A stretch of 64,000 bases of DNA from Vicugna vicugna (taxonomy: Eukaryota): the NCBI GenBank assembly GCA_013265495.1, contig MU058384.1, positions 3,581,239 to 3,645,238 of the forward strand, read 5' to 3'. Positions 11,912-24,500 of this stretch are shown here, piece after piece. The translations under genes were made by a program, and so were the position numbers. The notes beneath the pieces were generated by a model. It was not told the DNA's origin. It made no database searches and saw only the letters and a program-made list of their open reading frames with translations. Numbering within the stretch: position 1 is the first letter of the stretch; each line of letters begins with the position of its first letter.

Positions 11912-14900
11912 CTGAAGCGCATCAAGTGGAAGGAGGAGCCGGGGCAGGAAGGAAAAAGAGGAGACACCGGGTTGGCGCGGGTGGGTATCTATCCACTGGG
12001 GCAACGCGTCGGGTTGGAAAGTAGACGGGGTTCGCGCCTCAGCTCTGCCCACGGGTTTCAAATGGAAGAGTCAAGCCCAGTCTATGCCCAGTTGGACGCA
12101 GGAGGAGAGGCGCGCCTGGTCTCTTGTCTACCTCTATTCATGACAGAGGCCCCGACAACGCAGATGCCCTCGGAGTGGGCGCTGTGGCTTTCCCGAGCTG
12201 GCACGGAGGTCACCCAGGCGCGTGGTACTCCTGCCCCCTCCATGGGGCGCTAGAGGAGACTGGGGGTTCCAGCTAGCCGTTTCTAACCCGGGGCCGGCTG
12301 GGCACAGGGCAAAGAACATCTCCCCCTCGACCCCCAAAGAAGGTTTCCCATTCCGCTGGCTCCCATCTCGCTCGGTCCTCCAACCCCGCCTCCCCCGGCC
12401 CACCGCCACCCACACTGGTCTCAATCCGGTGCCTTCTGCCTATCGCTCGCAGCCCCGGGCGCCGCGCCAGAGACCCCAGACTAGACCTGGGGCCCAAGCT
12501 TGGCTCCCATAGTCCCTCCCCACTTCGGCCCCGCGTGACCCAGGAAAGTTCACTGCCCCCTTCTTCCGGCTCGGTCGGGGGACTCCAGCGCCCAGGCTCT
12601 GGCAGCTCTCCCACCCCACCTGGAGGAAGGAGGGAATAAAGAGGAAAGACGGAGGCGGGGGGCGAGGAGGGAAGGGCGATATGCGGTGAGGCAGGGGCGG
12701 GGGTCGGAAGCCAAGAAAAGGTGGCGGGGGGAGGAGGTGGCTCTGAAGGAGGAGGCCGGAGCGCTAGGAAAGGCTCTGCTGGGTCTCAGAAGTCCGTTTT
12801 CGAGTCGAGCGACCGCGTTCAAAGCTCTCTCTCTGCCTCAGTCTCCCCATCTGGAAGTGAGGGCGTTACACTAAGTGATCCCAGCGGTCCCTGCCTGGGG
12901 TGGGGAGGGATGGATGCTGGGGGTCCGCGCGGGTCCCGCTCACCTGCCAGTGCCGCGCCGCAGGTGGTGATGAGCACGGCGGCGAGTACCCCGGGCGAGG
13001 GCGCGCCGTTCTTTAGCACCAGGACGCCGATGAGCATGGTGACCAGGGGTAGGCAGCGCTTGAAGACCACGTACATAGGCAGGCTGAGGCCGCGCAGGGA
13101 CCAGAGCGTGAGGCTGGACTGCAGCGTGGAGAGCACGGCGACCCCCGCGAAGGAGCGTGCCAGGCTCAGGCCAAAGGGGGGCACCGCGATGAACCCGAGG
13201 CGGCGCAGCAGCTCCAGGCTCAGCGCCGCGGTGGAGCTGGTCAAGCACTGCACCAGGGTCAGGAAGGAGAACTGGTAGCGGCTGATGAGGAACTTGAGCA
13301 AGATGTTGAGGGAGCCCGAGAAGACCCCGTGAGCGATGGCCACGGTGATGCCCAGCACGCGGCCCCGGCACAGCTGCCGCATCGCGCCTGCACCCGGCGG
13401 TGGCGGAGCTCCGGGACCTGCGGGAGGAGAGCGGGGAAGAAAGCCGGGAGGAGCGGAGCGAGGGCGGCGAGGGTGCTCGCCCAAAGCCGCGGCGAAGGGC
13501 AGGGGGCCGCGGCTCAGCTGCAGAGGGCAGCTCCAGCCAGGCGTCCTCGCGGCGCGGCGGCTCCGCGTCCGACTGCCCCGCCGCTCCGGGGAGGCAGTGG
13601 CGGGGGCGGGGGACTCCGAAAAGTGGCAGGGGTGAGGGGCTGGTCTGAGAGGAGTGGCGGTAATCCTAGCGACAGCGATTTGTAAGTAGGTGACGAGCTA
13701 CGATGGGTTGCGTCCCGCGCGGTGTCACCGTCAGGGAGGACGCTCTGCGGCTGGAAGTCCGGGCAGCTGCCCCAAGCGGGACTCGACCCGCGCCCCTCGG
13801 GCACTCAGCACGCACCCGGGCGGGCTCTCGGGACGCGATACTCTCTCTTCCTGCATTGCCAGCTGCCCCCGTTTGTCCCTTCTTCCCAGCTCCTAGGTGA
13901 AGGGCGCGGGCTGGGGGATCCCGGGCACAGCTAAAGACGTTAGAAACCATAGGGTTCCAGGGTCGGGCACCGTTTAATAGCCGCAACAAGTGACAGCGCC
14001 CTCAGCCCCATTCCCCTCGAGCTGCAGCTGCTTTTCCACTCACGGTTCCTCCCAGCGTAGCCGCCGGACCTTGCTCAACCAGGGAAGGGAAAAACGTCGG
14101 TGCCAGCGGGCTGCGGGGCTAGCTGATGCTCGGGCGCCAAAGCCCCAACACTGTAGGAACCCACGGCCCCAGGACGCTGCCCGGGCGTGCTTCAGAGGGT
14201 GAAGCTGGCCCCTTCCTGCCCTGGGCGACGCGCTCCCCAGTTCGCGCGCCTTTCAGAGAGGGACGTGGGACTACGTTCGCGGCTGGGAGCGGGGTAGAGG
14301 GGAAGTTCTGGGGGGCGCCGTGGCCTCACGGGGCTGCGGAGCCTGGGGGCGAGGGCACGGGCACCTGTTTCAAGTGAGGCAAAGATGTGAAACACGCAAA
14401 GAAAAAGCAGAAACTAAGTCTCTTAAGCGAGTAGCCTCTTTCGGTTCCGGTGGATAGCCTGGGTGAGCGGGGAGCGACTGGCCGCTCTGGGGAAGGAGAT
14501 GGAGGTGGAGGCGGGGGATCGAGGGCGTGGCCACGGGGCAGGTGCCTCGGACGTACGGCAGAGACCGGGTGTAGCTCTCTCTGGATCCCCGGGAACCCAC
14601 TGCCGCCTGAGGAACCGTCACGAGCCACTTGGCCGGACGGGACAACCCCTACCTCCGCCTCCTCGGCCCAGGTCACGTCTGCCCGCCACAGGACTTGTGA
14701 ACTGTTTACTTCTTATTTGGCTAAGAGTAAAAAGAATGAAACTCATTTTCTGCTGGCACAAGACTTCTATGTCCCTTTGATCTGAATTTCGTTCCCTGGA
14801 AGCTAATGTCCATACACGTAAATTCAGCAGCAGCAGCAGACGGGTTCGCTCAGCGGAGGTCACCGCTAAGAATCAGACACAGTTTAGATTTCGCGCTACT

Positions 14901-15250
14901 AAAAACTTGACTTGGCCAAGGTTTGGGAGCTGAGAAGAGAGCTGGAAATCGCCGCGCCCCACCTCTCCTTTCCCTTAATTCCCATTCCCATTCCCCCCAT
15001 TCCCGCCGGAATCCCAACCTTCTAACCCCCACATTGCTCTGACACTCACGATCCATTTCTCTAGGAAGTCTTTTGTTTCTTCCCCCCATATTTCCACCTC
15101 TGTGTTGAAAGCAACACTTCCAGCCCTGAGGCTGAAGCCACAGTTATGACTGCCGTGGCAGAAAAATAGCAGTTTACATCGGGGTCTGGCGGCACCGCTG
15201 CGATCCTTCATCTGGGCCGGCTTTGTAGTCTGGAAGCTCATTTTGGTGGG
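11300..15250. promoter_or_regulatory. CpG island spanning the SLC35D3 promoter, exon 1, intron and part of exon 2
   Basis: Very GC- and CpG-rich against AT-rich flanks; GC boxes such as GGGGCGGGG near 13603-13612. Boundaries are approximate. Confidence 0.85.
12944..13382 (-). CDS. SLC35D3: SLC35D3 coding exon 1 (nucleotide-sugar transporter family), 439 nt
   Basis: ATG at 13382 gives MRQLCRGRVLGITVAIAHGVFSGSLNILLKFLISRYQFSF...ITTCGAALA-G, the recognisable SLC35D3 N-terminus. Ends at donor CAG|GTGAGC (intron starts 12943), phase 1. Confidence 0.96.
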
Positions 15251-16699
15251 AGAGAGTCTGATTTCAACCAGTCCTCCAGCTCGTATGCCCAGGGCCTCAT
15301 GGAACCCACTCTCTGCCCCCTAACAGGTCGGCACTCAAGAAAACGTTTGCAGAACGGCCCACTGTGCCAACTTTTCCAGGAATAACACTGGAAAGCATTA
15401 TACTGAACCCTATACTTCTGGTTCCCTGGGGAATTCTTGGGTTTTTGTAGCTACAAGCTATGGTTACACACTATTGGCTATTTTAGGAACTCTGTTGTTC
15501 GAGTGTTGACATTCTTTCTTTGGGAAATAATGAGGTTTGAAGCAACAGTTGAATTTATGTTTATGTTGTGGTATAAGTATATACTCAAAGTACACTCAGA
15601 TTAAAAAGCTTTGAAAATTAAATTTTTTGAGATGTCAGCAAATAACACATTTCTGCTTCTGGGGATCATTCCAATTAAAGGATTGTTGCTTTGAGCCATA
15701 TTAAATGAATATAATAAAGAATTGTCTGCATGGACCTAGTTTTGGAATGATTCATTTCTGCCAGCAATTATAATTGCCTCCATTTGTGATACTAACATTA
15801 GGTAAAAGATTTGGGGCTGATTCAGCTATCTTACCCTTCTCATTTAGACAAGAATATTTAGCTTAATGTTGAAAACCTACATTGGCATGAAACAGTACAT
15901 TTTCTCCACTTTACTGCATATAATTCTTTTCCATTAGGGCTTTCATTTTTTTAAAAATTAATACCAGCTCCCACACGAGTTATTAGATAAGCTCATAAAA
16001 GAAAAATGGGAAATCTCTTAAAGAAAAATGGGAAAAATAAGAATACTATGTTTAGCAAGGTTAATTGTACATACATGTAGAGCTGAAGGTCAAAAAGCTA
16101 TTTGACCTACTGGTATCCAGGGTCTAGACCCGAGCTCCATTATCTCAGGAGCTACACAATAAATTTTGATGGCATTAAGTAAATCCTTCAACAAACATAC
16201 AGAGCAAGTATTTTGTGCCAGCCAGTCAAAGATGAGCAGTCATCTGAGTCCTTAGGGATTCAGAGGGGACAGTGAAGCAACACAATGACACTTATGCAAC
16301 AGTGGGGGCTTGTGGCAGAAACAGGAGAGCGCTGAGGACGGCAATAATGTCAGCTTGAGAAGCATATCAGAGAAGGCTTCCTGGAGGAGGAAATAAGGTC
16401 TAATTTCATTATTTTAATTGTGAAAGTAACACATGCTCATTATAGTATGTAAAAGGAAAACTTCGTAAATAATAAATGAACAAACTTTATAAATAATAAA
16501 TGAACATGCTCTCTTCACTATTCTCACCCCCAGTTCCACTACACAGAGCTGACTACTGTTAAGAGTTTGGTGTGAACCTCTCAGTTTTTCTTGTACGTGT
16601 ATTTATACATACATAATTGCCTTTATAAAATTAGGATATTGTATACACTTGTCTATAATTTGCTCTTTTTAAAATCATATCACTTTAACCAACTTCCAA

Positions 16700-17178
16700 G
16701 AGAGTCCCCAGAGATCTCTGGCTTCCTCATATTTACACCCTTGTTAACCCCTCCTCCCACATTGTCACAGTTGGTCTAAGAGACCAATAGCAAAACGCAG
16801 CAGAAATGATGGCGTCTCTCCTGAGATTAGTGTGTAAAAGGCCGAGGCTTTCTTCTTGAATTTCCCCCTTCTCTGGTATTACTCTGGGGGGAAGCCAGGT
16901 GCCACGTTGTAGGGACTGTGGGACAGCCAGTGGAGGATTCAACATGGTGAGTATCTAAGGCCAGCTCACAATCCTGTGAGTGACTCTGGAAGCTGATCCT
17001 TCAGCCCCAGTTGGGCTTCAGATGTCTTCAGACCCCATTGACAGCTTAACTGCAATGTCATGAGAGATTCTAAGCCAGAGCAACTCAGCTAAACCACTCT
17101 TGGATTCCAAACCGCTAGAAACTGTAAAGCTGCTAGGTTTGGGGCTGATTTGTTACACAGAAATAGATAATTAATACA
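16700..17178 (+). mobile_element. MLT1-type MaLR LTR inside minus-strand L1ME-like fragments (about 16410-17830)
   Basis: ggaagctgatccttcagccccag...tttggggctgatttgttacacagaaatagataattaataca is a typical MLT1 3' end. Confidence 0.75.
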
Positions 17179-18509
17179 CGTATCAGTAGCAACCTATTCA
17201 TCCATGTCAGCACACGTAGTTCTACCTTATTCTTTTAAATGACTCTTCTATAGTATAAACTTTCTTCTCTGGATAGCTGTCTACGTTTTACCAAGCAATG
17301 ATGCAATGAATACCCTAAAAACATTTGATCTTAGATATGTCTGTTAAGTATTTGGTGGGGGAGGGTGGGTGCAGGCAGGGAGTCCTAGAACTGGAACTGC
17401 TGGATCAAGGAGTTAATTTAAAATCTTTATTGCCAAACTGCCTTCCAGAAAGGTACATAACAGTACTCTCACTTTAATCAATGTTGGATATTATCAATAT
17501 TTTGAATGTTTGCCAAGCTAATAAGCAAGAAAAAAATGGGCTCTCATTTTAATTTGCATTTCTTTGTCATCAATGAGACAAAGTTTGACTAAGTATCTTT
17601 TTGAAGTGTATTAAACATTTGTTTTTCTATTTCTGTGAACTGCCTGTTGATATCCTCTGCCCACTTTTATGTTTGGTTGTCTTCTTAGTGATTTTTAAGC
17701 ACACTTTATAAGTGCTGGATATTAAACCATTTGCTACATAGATTGCAAATATATCCTTCCAATATGTTTTCTGTCTTTTAGCTTTGCTATGGTGTGTTTT
17801 GCTATTTTAATTTTTGTATGTTGTCAAACTTTTTCTTTAGTTATTTCACATGACTTTCAAACGATGGGTAAGAACTTGCCAAGCCAAGAGCAGGGCAATC
17901 CAGGCACATAGACTAGCTTGAGCAAAGACAGAAATGAAAACCTGCATTATTTACATGGGGAGTTTGCGAGCACACTGGTATTGCTGGAGCACAAAGTTCA
18001 TGACAACGTGGAGAGAAGCAATGCTCCAAGGGCTTAGCCCCACAGGACGTTGGCTGCCTGGTTAGTGAGCTTGAACTTTTCCTGTAGGCAATCCTATAGC
18101 AGAGAAAGGTTTTATACAGAAATTGATGTAATCAGATTGCATTTCAGATCAGCCTCCGGCAGCTGTGTTGAGGAGGATGGCTCCGAGGGCACCGAACTAG
18201 AAACAGACACATCATTTAGGAAGCTTCTGTGATCATCCAGAGAAAAACTAATAACGGCTTGAACCAGGGCAACAGTGGTTGGACTGAGGGGAAGAGACAG
18301 ACTGGAGAAGTGTTTAGGGGGTAAGAGACTTTGTGACCTATTTGCTGTGTCTTGGAGTGGAGAGGTGCGAATAAGGGAGGGAACAAGGGTGGCATGTAGG
18401 ACTTTACTTGAGTGCCTGGGTGGACAGTTCTGGCAACAAAAGAAAAAAGTATGTGCAGATGGAGCCCATTTAGTGAGCAAGATGAGTTTAGTTAAAAGAA
18501 ATGAGGGTA

Positions 18510-18840
18510 TTATGTACAAGCCAGAAACAGATTCACAGACATAGAAAACAAACTTATGGTTATCAAAGGGGAAAGGGGAAGGTAGGGATAAATTGGGAGT
18601 TTGAGGATTAACATATACACACTGCTACATGTGGAATGGATGGACAATGGGGACCTACTGTATAGCACAGGGAACTGTATTCAATATCTTGTAATAACCT
18701 GTAATGGAAAAATGAATCTGAAAAATATACATTTGTATCTGTATCTATGAAAATAACTGAATTACTTTGTTGTACACCTGAAATTAACACAACACTGTAA
18801 ATCAACTACACTTAAATAAAATAAATCCCTTATGTGAAAA
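18510..18840 (+). mobile_element. 5'-truncated cetartiodactyl-type L1 3' end
   Basis: cagaaacagattcacagacatagaaaacaaacttatgg...ctgtatagcacagggaac...gtacacctgaaattaacacaacactgtaaatcaactac, then an A-rich tail; degenerate TSD aaagaaatgag. Confidence 0.85.
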
Positions 18841-19254
18841 GAAAGAAAATGAGTGCAAAGGCTGTGGGAGACCCAAGTGGAGAAGGCACGAGATTTGGGA
18901 ATAGTCAGTGTAAAAGTGAAAAACATAAGTGGATTATCTCATTCAAGAAGAGGCCTGTTAAATAAGAAATTAATGAATTCATTCCTGGAAGAGCCAAATT
19001 ATAGCTAAGATATACAGTTAAAACATGCCAAAGGCAGAAGGGACAGGGGACTCTCAGCCTGGGTCTCCCTGGGTCATATACCTTGGTAGGGTCACTCCAG
19101 ACCCAGGGTCAGCTTCTTAGCTCTTTAGATGTGAAAACACAATTTTGTCAGTTCTCTCAGACTGATCAGGATCTAGTCACCAAAGAGTCCCACATCATTC
19201 CTATTTCTCAGTGGGCCAACTTCTGTTCATTCTAGGAAAAGGAGGCCACGTGGC

Positions 19255-19460
19255 AGAGCCATGGGCTTGGATTCAGTCATAGCAGATTTCAAATTCCAGC
19301 TCCATACTTCCTGACTATTATGACTCCCAACAGCCTTCATTTCCTTGTCTGGAAAATGGGAGGGCTTCCTTGCAGGGACATTACCAAGATTAAAAGGGAT
19401 AAGCTACAGAAAGCATCTCATGTAGTGCCCAGATCACAAATGGTGCTCAGTGACCTGAGT
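19255..19460 (+). mobile_element. MIR SINE
   Basis: gatttcaaattccagctcc...catttccttgtctggaaaatggg...gtgcccagatcacaaatggtgctcagt. Confidence 0.6.
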
Positions 19461-21261
19461 TCCCCTTTCCTGCATTCACTCTTCAGAGCTGTGCTGTCAC
19501 TGCAGGTGGAAGAGGAACTTGGGGAGGCAGACAGGATGAAACCTAAGAATTCAGTAGCTAGGAGACAAATTCCGATTTCCTCAGAGAGAATGACTGGTTG
19601 TCCTCTAAAAGCCCAGAGGCTGCTTGGTTTGTGAATTACCAAGAATTCAAAAATCTTGTGCATTCCCTTCCAGCACAGAATCTGGCTCATTTCCCTCTAG
19701 TTTTCCAATCCCAGCTCCAGGGAACCCACTGATAAATGTTCACCCACTCTCCTTCAGATTGAGAGACTCTAAGGACCTGAGTTAAGTATATGAAGTTAGT
19801 GTTTCAAATATCTCTAACATCCCCAAAATAGAGGGAAAAGTAAATCAAGAGAGATGTTAGTTTTTAAATCACAAGTGTTTGTTTCAAATGATTTTATTTT
19901 AAAAATCTCTTGCATTCTAAAAGAAAAATAATTTCATTTCATTGTAAATATGATCTGGGTTAGGTATTTTAAAAGGTCAATTATAAAGTCTGCTGATACA
20001 GAGAACATTCACTGTGAACCGGCTTTTACTGCACTGCACTTGGTCTGATAGTTCAGTTCTTATGGAGGGAAGCAACCCGAAACAGCTCTGTGAACCTACC
20101 TCATCATCCTGACAGTTCAAAGGGTATGTCTGAGCTCCTTGTTCCTTACAATGCACTCATGTGAAGCAGTGTCCTCTTTCTGGGGCCTCTCAAAAACAAC
20201 TAGCATTGACTGGTATAAAAACTGAAAAGTTATACTTTCCCTGAGATCATGCATTCATTTAACAAATATTCATTAAACACCTTCTAGGTGTCAGGCATGG
20301 TGCTAGGGCCAAGCCTGGGACTAGGACGAAGTCTTTGCCCTCAAGCCTTGGGCAATGAACTATGTACTTGACCAGACTTGCCATTTATGCTGCCATAGTA
20401 ACTTTCTAGGACTTTAAAGCATATATTTTCAAGCCCACGCCTGGCTCCACCTTATGATTCCTTTGTTCTATCTCTTATGTAGTCTTGTTTTTTGCATTTT
20501 GTAAGCACTCAATTTTTTCTGTACCAAGTGAACAGGAAATATGTAAATTAGAAAATATACATTTATTTTAATTTATTTATTTTTCTGATTACAAGTATGT
20601 TTTGCTCTTTAAAAATTCTCAAAAACTTGTTAAAAATTTGATGACAATTTTTGACATTTATAACACACTTTAATATTATATAAAAATATAAATGTTATGT
20701 AAAGTTATCTATTTCACTAATCTTTCCCTTTAATCTACTTTTTTTCACAGGTCATCAGCACCTAGAGATTTTTCAAGTATTAGGGAGGTAGTGAGGAGGG
20801 TTTATAGCATTACTTAGGGCTTTCGTGACTTAGTTTCAAGGGTAATTTCTTGAAACCCTAGTAGGACTTAAGACTTTTTGGCCAGTGACCAGTTTTTTTT
20901 TTTATTTGATATAATAGTAGAGAAATAAGAGGAGAGAAATATAGGGTCATGAATATAATACCTAAAAGTATTTGTTTAAATGTAAGAAACACATTAAGCC
21001 CTCACTCTCAGCATTCCATGTTCTTAAAGCATGACAGACACCAATCCTTGAGAGAATCTCATTCATTCTGTGTGTCAAGCATAGAGTAGCTGCTCAGTAT
21101 GGCTGACTGACTCATGCTGACTTATTCAGCAGTTATTAGAACCCTGCTACTGAACCATAGATACCTCTATATTATACAGTATTATACTCATATAGATACT
21201 ATATTAGAAAAAGCAACCTTGCTGGGGGTGTCATAAAATCATAAATGACCAAGGGATGCAG

Positions 21262-21267
21262 TTTATT
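21262..21267 (-). terminator. Probable PEX7 polyadenylation signal AATAAA (3' UTR about 400 nt)
   Basis: Plus-strand tttatt about 380 nt past the PEX7 stop codon. Confidence 0.65.
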
Positions 21268-21644
21268 GTGATTTTTATCAACAGCAGTGATTATATTTTA
21301 CATCAAAAATGAAAAATTAAAAATGAAATATATCACTATCATATAATCTACAGACCTCTATATTTAATCCACTTTACAGTAGAGAGGTTATATTTTAATA
21401 GATACTATATGATATACCATAACATCAATTATTTCTTAGGTTTTTAAGAAATATGGCTTATGTACCAGGCTTAAATAGTGAGCCAAAGTCTTTATCAGCT
21501 GCCTCAAAACTGATTCCAGAATAAACTTACAATTTGAAATCTGAATATATATAAAAGCATAAAATCTCTGTTATCAATCATTTAATTCCTGTTAAGCAAT
21601 GTTCTTCAGTCAATATCCTTTGCTTCTGAATGGAGTAGCTTATC

Positions 21645-21713
21645 TCAAGCAGGCATGGTAAGACAAACAGGATCATATATCTTTATCGTTTCATCCCAAG
21701 CACAGTCAGCCAC
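21645..21713 (-). CDS. PEX7: PEX7 terminal exon 10 coding part, 69 nt including TGA
   Basis: TTTCTAG|GTG; translates VADCAWDETIKIYDPVCLTMPA*, the recognisable PEX7 C-terminus. Confidence 0.95.
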   Translation of the reverse strand: MADCAWDETIKIYDPVCLTMPA

Positions 21714-22294
21714 CTAGAAAACAAAAAGGAAGCAAGAGGAAACATAACCTACAAACGTTCAAAACTGGCAGCAAAAGCCTAAGTCATTTAGGCTGCAAGT
21801 AGATCATCCACCAGCAAACATGTCTTTAAATAGGAAGAACAGAGAGGTACATTTTTGAAAAAAGGTCTGTTCTCCCTTTTCAAGATACATTTCGGGGATT
21901 GTTTCCAATTGATTGAAGTTGCCTATAAGGATTTCCCATCAGAGCTACATAATTCCCTATATCCTGAGATAAATGTTGAAAAGATACATTCCTGAACTGT
22001 GAACCAAGGCACTATACTAGCTATTTTGGGGATAAAAAAAAGGAGATGAAGTACAGTTCTTGCCTTCAAAGAATGTCTCATACAAAACCCAAAGTGGAAA
22101 GTGCTCTAATAGAGACTCCCAGGGGAGGGACTATTGGAATCCAACTGGGGCAGTGTCAGAAGACTTCGCAAATGCCGTGGCATTCATACTGGCCCTCTCT
22201 AGGGGCAGAAAGGGACATTCAAGTCTAAAAAGTCATATAAAACATGAAGGGAAGACAGTTCGTCATGCTTGGGAAAGGTGTGTTAAAAATTTGG

Positions 22295-24500
22295 TGAGTG
22301 TAGCAATGTCTCAGGGAGTAAGATTAATATATAAAATCAATTACATTTCTGTATATTAACAGGAAAAACTAAAAAATTAAAATGAAAAATTCATTTATAA
22401 TAGCATCAAAATACAGAATACTTACTAGTACATTTAACAAAAAATGCAAAATGCATTTAACAAAATGCAAAAAGATACTAAAACATTACTGAGAGAAATT
22501 AAAGGCGCAAATAAATAGAAAATATACCATGTTCATGAGTTCAATACTGTTAAGAAGTTAAATCTCCCCCAATTTAGAAATAATTCATAATCCCAGCAGA
22601 CTTTTTAATAAAAATGTACAAGGTGACTTTTAAAGTTTACATGGAAATGCAGAAGACCTAGAATAGCCAAAAGGATCTTGAAAAAGAATGACAAAGTTGT
22701 ACTACTTACACTACCTGACTCAAGACTTATAAAACTACAGTAATCAAGACAATGTACTATTGGAGTAAGGCTATACAAGCAGATCAGAGGAACAGAACAG
22801 AGCTCAGGAACAGACCCCATACTTGGAAAACTGCTTTTCAACAAATGTACCAAAACAATCCAACAAATAATGCTAAAACTGGACATCCATATGGAAAAAA
22901 ATGAGCTCAGTCTCAACTTCACACCGTAAACAAAAGTTCATTTGCGATGGACAGACCATAGACCTAAATACAAAAGTTAAAGGTATAAACCTTTCAGAAG
23001 AAAACACAGGGAAATATATTCTCAATCTGAAGCTAAATAAAGATTTCTTAAACAGGGCACAGAAAGCCATAACCATAAAAATTAGATAACTTAGACTCAA
23101 TCAAAAATAAAACTTTTGATCATCAAAAGATACTGCTTTAATATCTTATAGGTACCTATAATGAAAAAGAATAAGAAAAGGAATATATGTATGTATATGT
23201 ATGACTGAAACAGTATGCTGTACACCAGAAATTGACACAATATTGTAAACTGACTACACTTTAACAAGACACAGAGTGGGAGAAAACAGTCACAAAACGT
23301 ACATCTGGCAAAGAACTTACATCCAGAATATATAAGTAACTATCATAACTTAATAATAAAAAGATAACCCAATTAAAAATGAGCAAAAGACTTTATTAAC
23401 ATTTAAAAATATATATGAATGACCAATAGGCACATGAAAAAATGTTCAACATCATTATCACTAGGCATCAAGGAAATGCTAATAAAAACAACAATGAGAT
23501 ACCACTACATACTCATGAGAATGGCTAATATTAAAGATAGACCATATCAGAAGAGAGGGTACAGCTCAAGTGGTAGAGTGCATACTCAGCACACATGAAG
23601 TCTTGGGTCCAATCTTCAGTATCTCCATTAAAAAGGAATTAAATAAGCCTAATCACCTACCACCACCCCCAGCCCCACCAAAAAGATAGACGATATCAAA
23701 TGTTAGCAGGGATGAAGAGAAGCTATAGGTCTCATACCTTGCTGGTATAACCACCCTGGAAAACTGGCTGTTTCTTATAAAGTTAAACATACACCTAGTG
23801 ATTCCAGTCCTAGAGGTTTTTCTAACATACATTAAAACATCCTTACAAAACAACATATACAAGGATGTACACAGCTACTTCATTCACAATAGCACAAAAC
23901 TGGTAACAACCAAAATGTCCCTTGACAAAAGAAATTGTGGTAAATGCACAGAACAGAATGTTGCAAAGCAATACGAAGGTGGAAACTACTGATGGATGCG
24001 ACACCATAGACGAATCTCACAGATAATAAGCGGAGGGAAAGAAGCCAGAAACAAAAGAGTACATACAGGAGATTCCATCATATGAGTTCTAAAACAGGCA
24101 GAACTAGCCTAAGGTAGACAAAAATATTAGGGCAATGATTTGCTTTGTCTTTTCAGCTAGTGGTAGGGGTGGGACTAGAGAGAGATTAAAAGGGGATAAA
24201 AGGGAAATTTGGAGGAAGATGCAAATGTTTCGTATTGTGATTGGATGTAGATTACACAAGTCTATCTGTTTGTCAAAAGCCTATAGCTAGGATTTGTACA
24301 TTCAATATATGTAAATGATACCTAAAAATAGTCAGAATAATAATGACAGTAACAATCATAATAAATGAATGAGGAGTGGGATATGAGAAAAGGAATAAAT
24401 AAAACAAGAGTGTTGATAATTGCTGAAGCTGCGTAATGGAAGTGCATTATCCTATTGTTTGTTTTTTTTACGTTTGAAAATTTCCACAATTAAAAAAAAG
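22295..24500 (+). mobile_element. Old L1M ORF2 3' part and 3' UTR, interrupted by younger inserts
   Basis: Degenerate ORF2 (ctaaaacattactgagagaaattaaag, agacctagaatagccaaaa, ctacagtaatcaagaca, tcagaagaaaacacaggg) and an L1MC-like 3' end. Confidence 0.8.
23550..23681 (+). mobile_element. vic-1-like tRNA-derived SINE with 17-bp TSD
   Basis: gagggtacagctcaagtggtagag (A box) ...gggtccaatc (B box); TSD aaagatagac(c/g)atatca at 23533-23549 and 23682-23698. Confidence 0.85.

Noticed and set aside
13383..13484. 34-codon N-terminal extension of SLC35D3 from TTG (ORF 12819..13484)
   Set aside because: It has a non-ATG start in a GC-rich, stop-poor 5' UTR. The known protein begins MRQLC, and the ORF's 3' end simply runs into the intron.
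11192..15241. Many overlapping Arg/Pro/Gly-rich ORFs on both strands
   Set aside because: These are expected from stop-codon scarcity in a CpG island and from shadow frames of SLC35D3; no recognisable domains.
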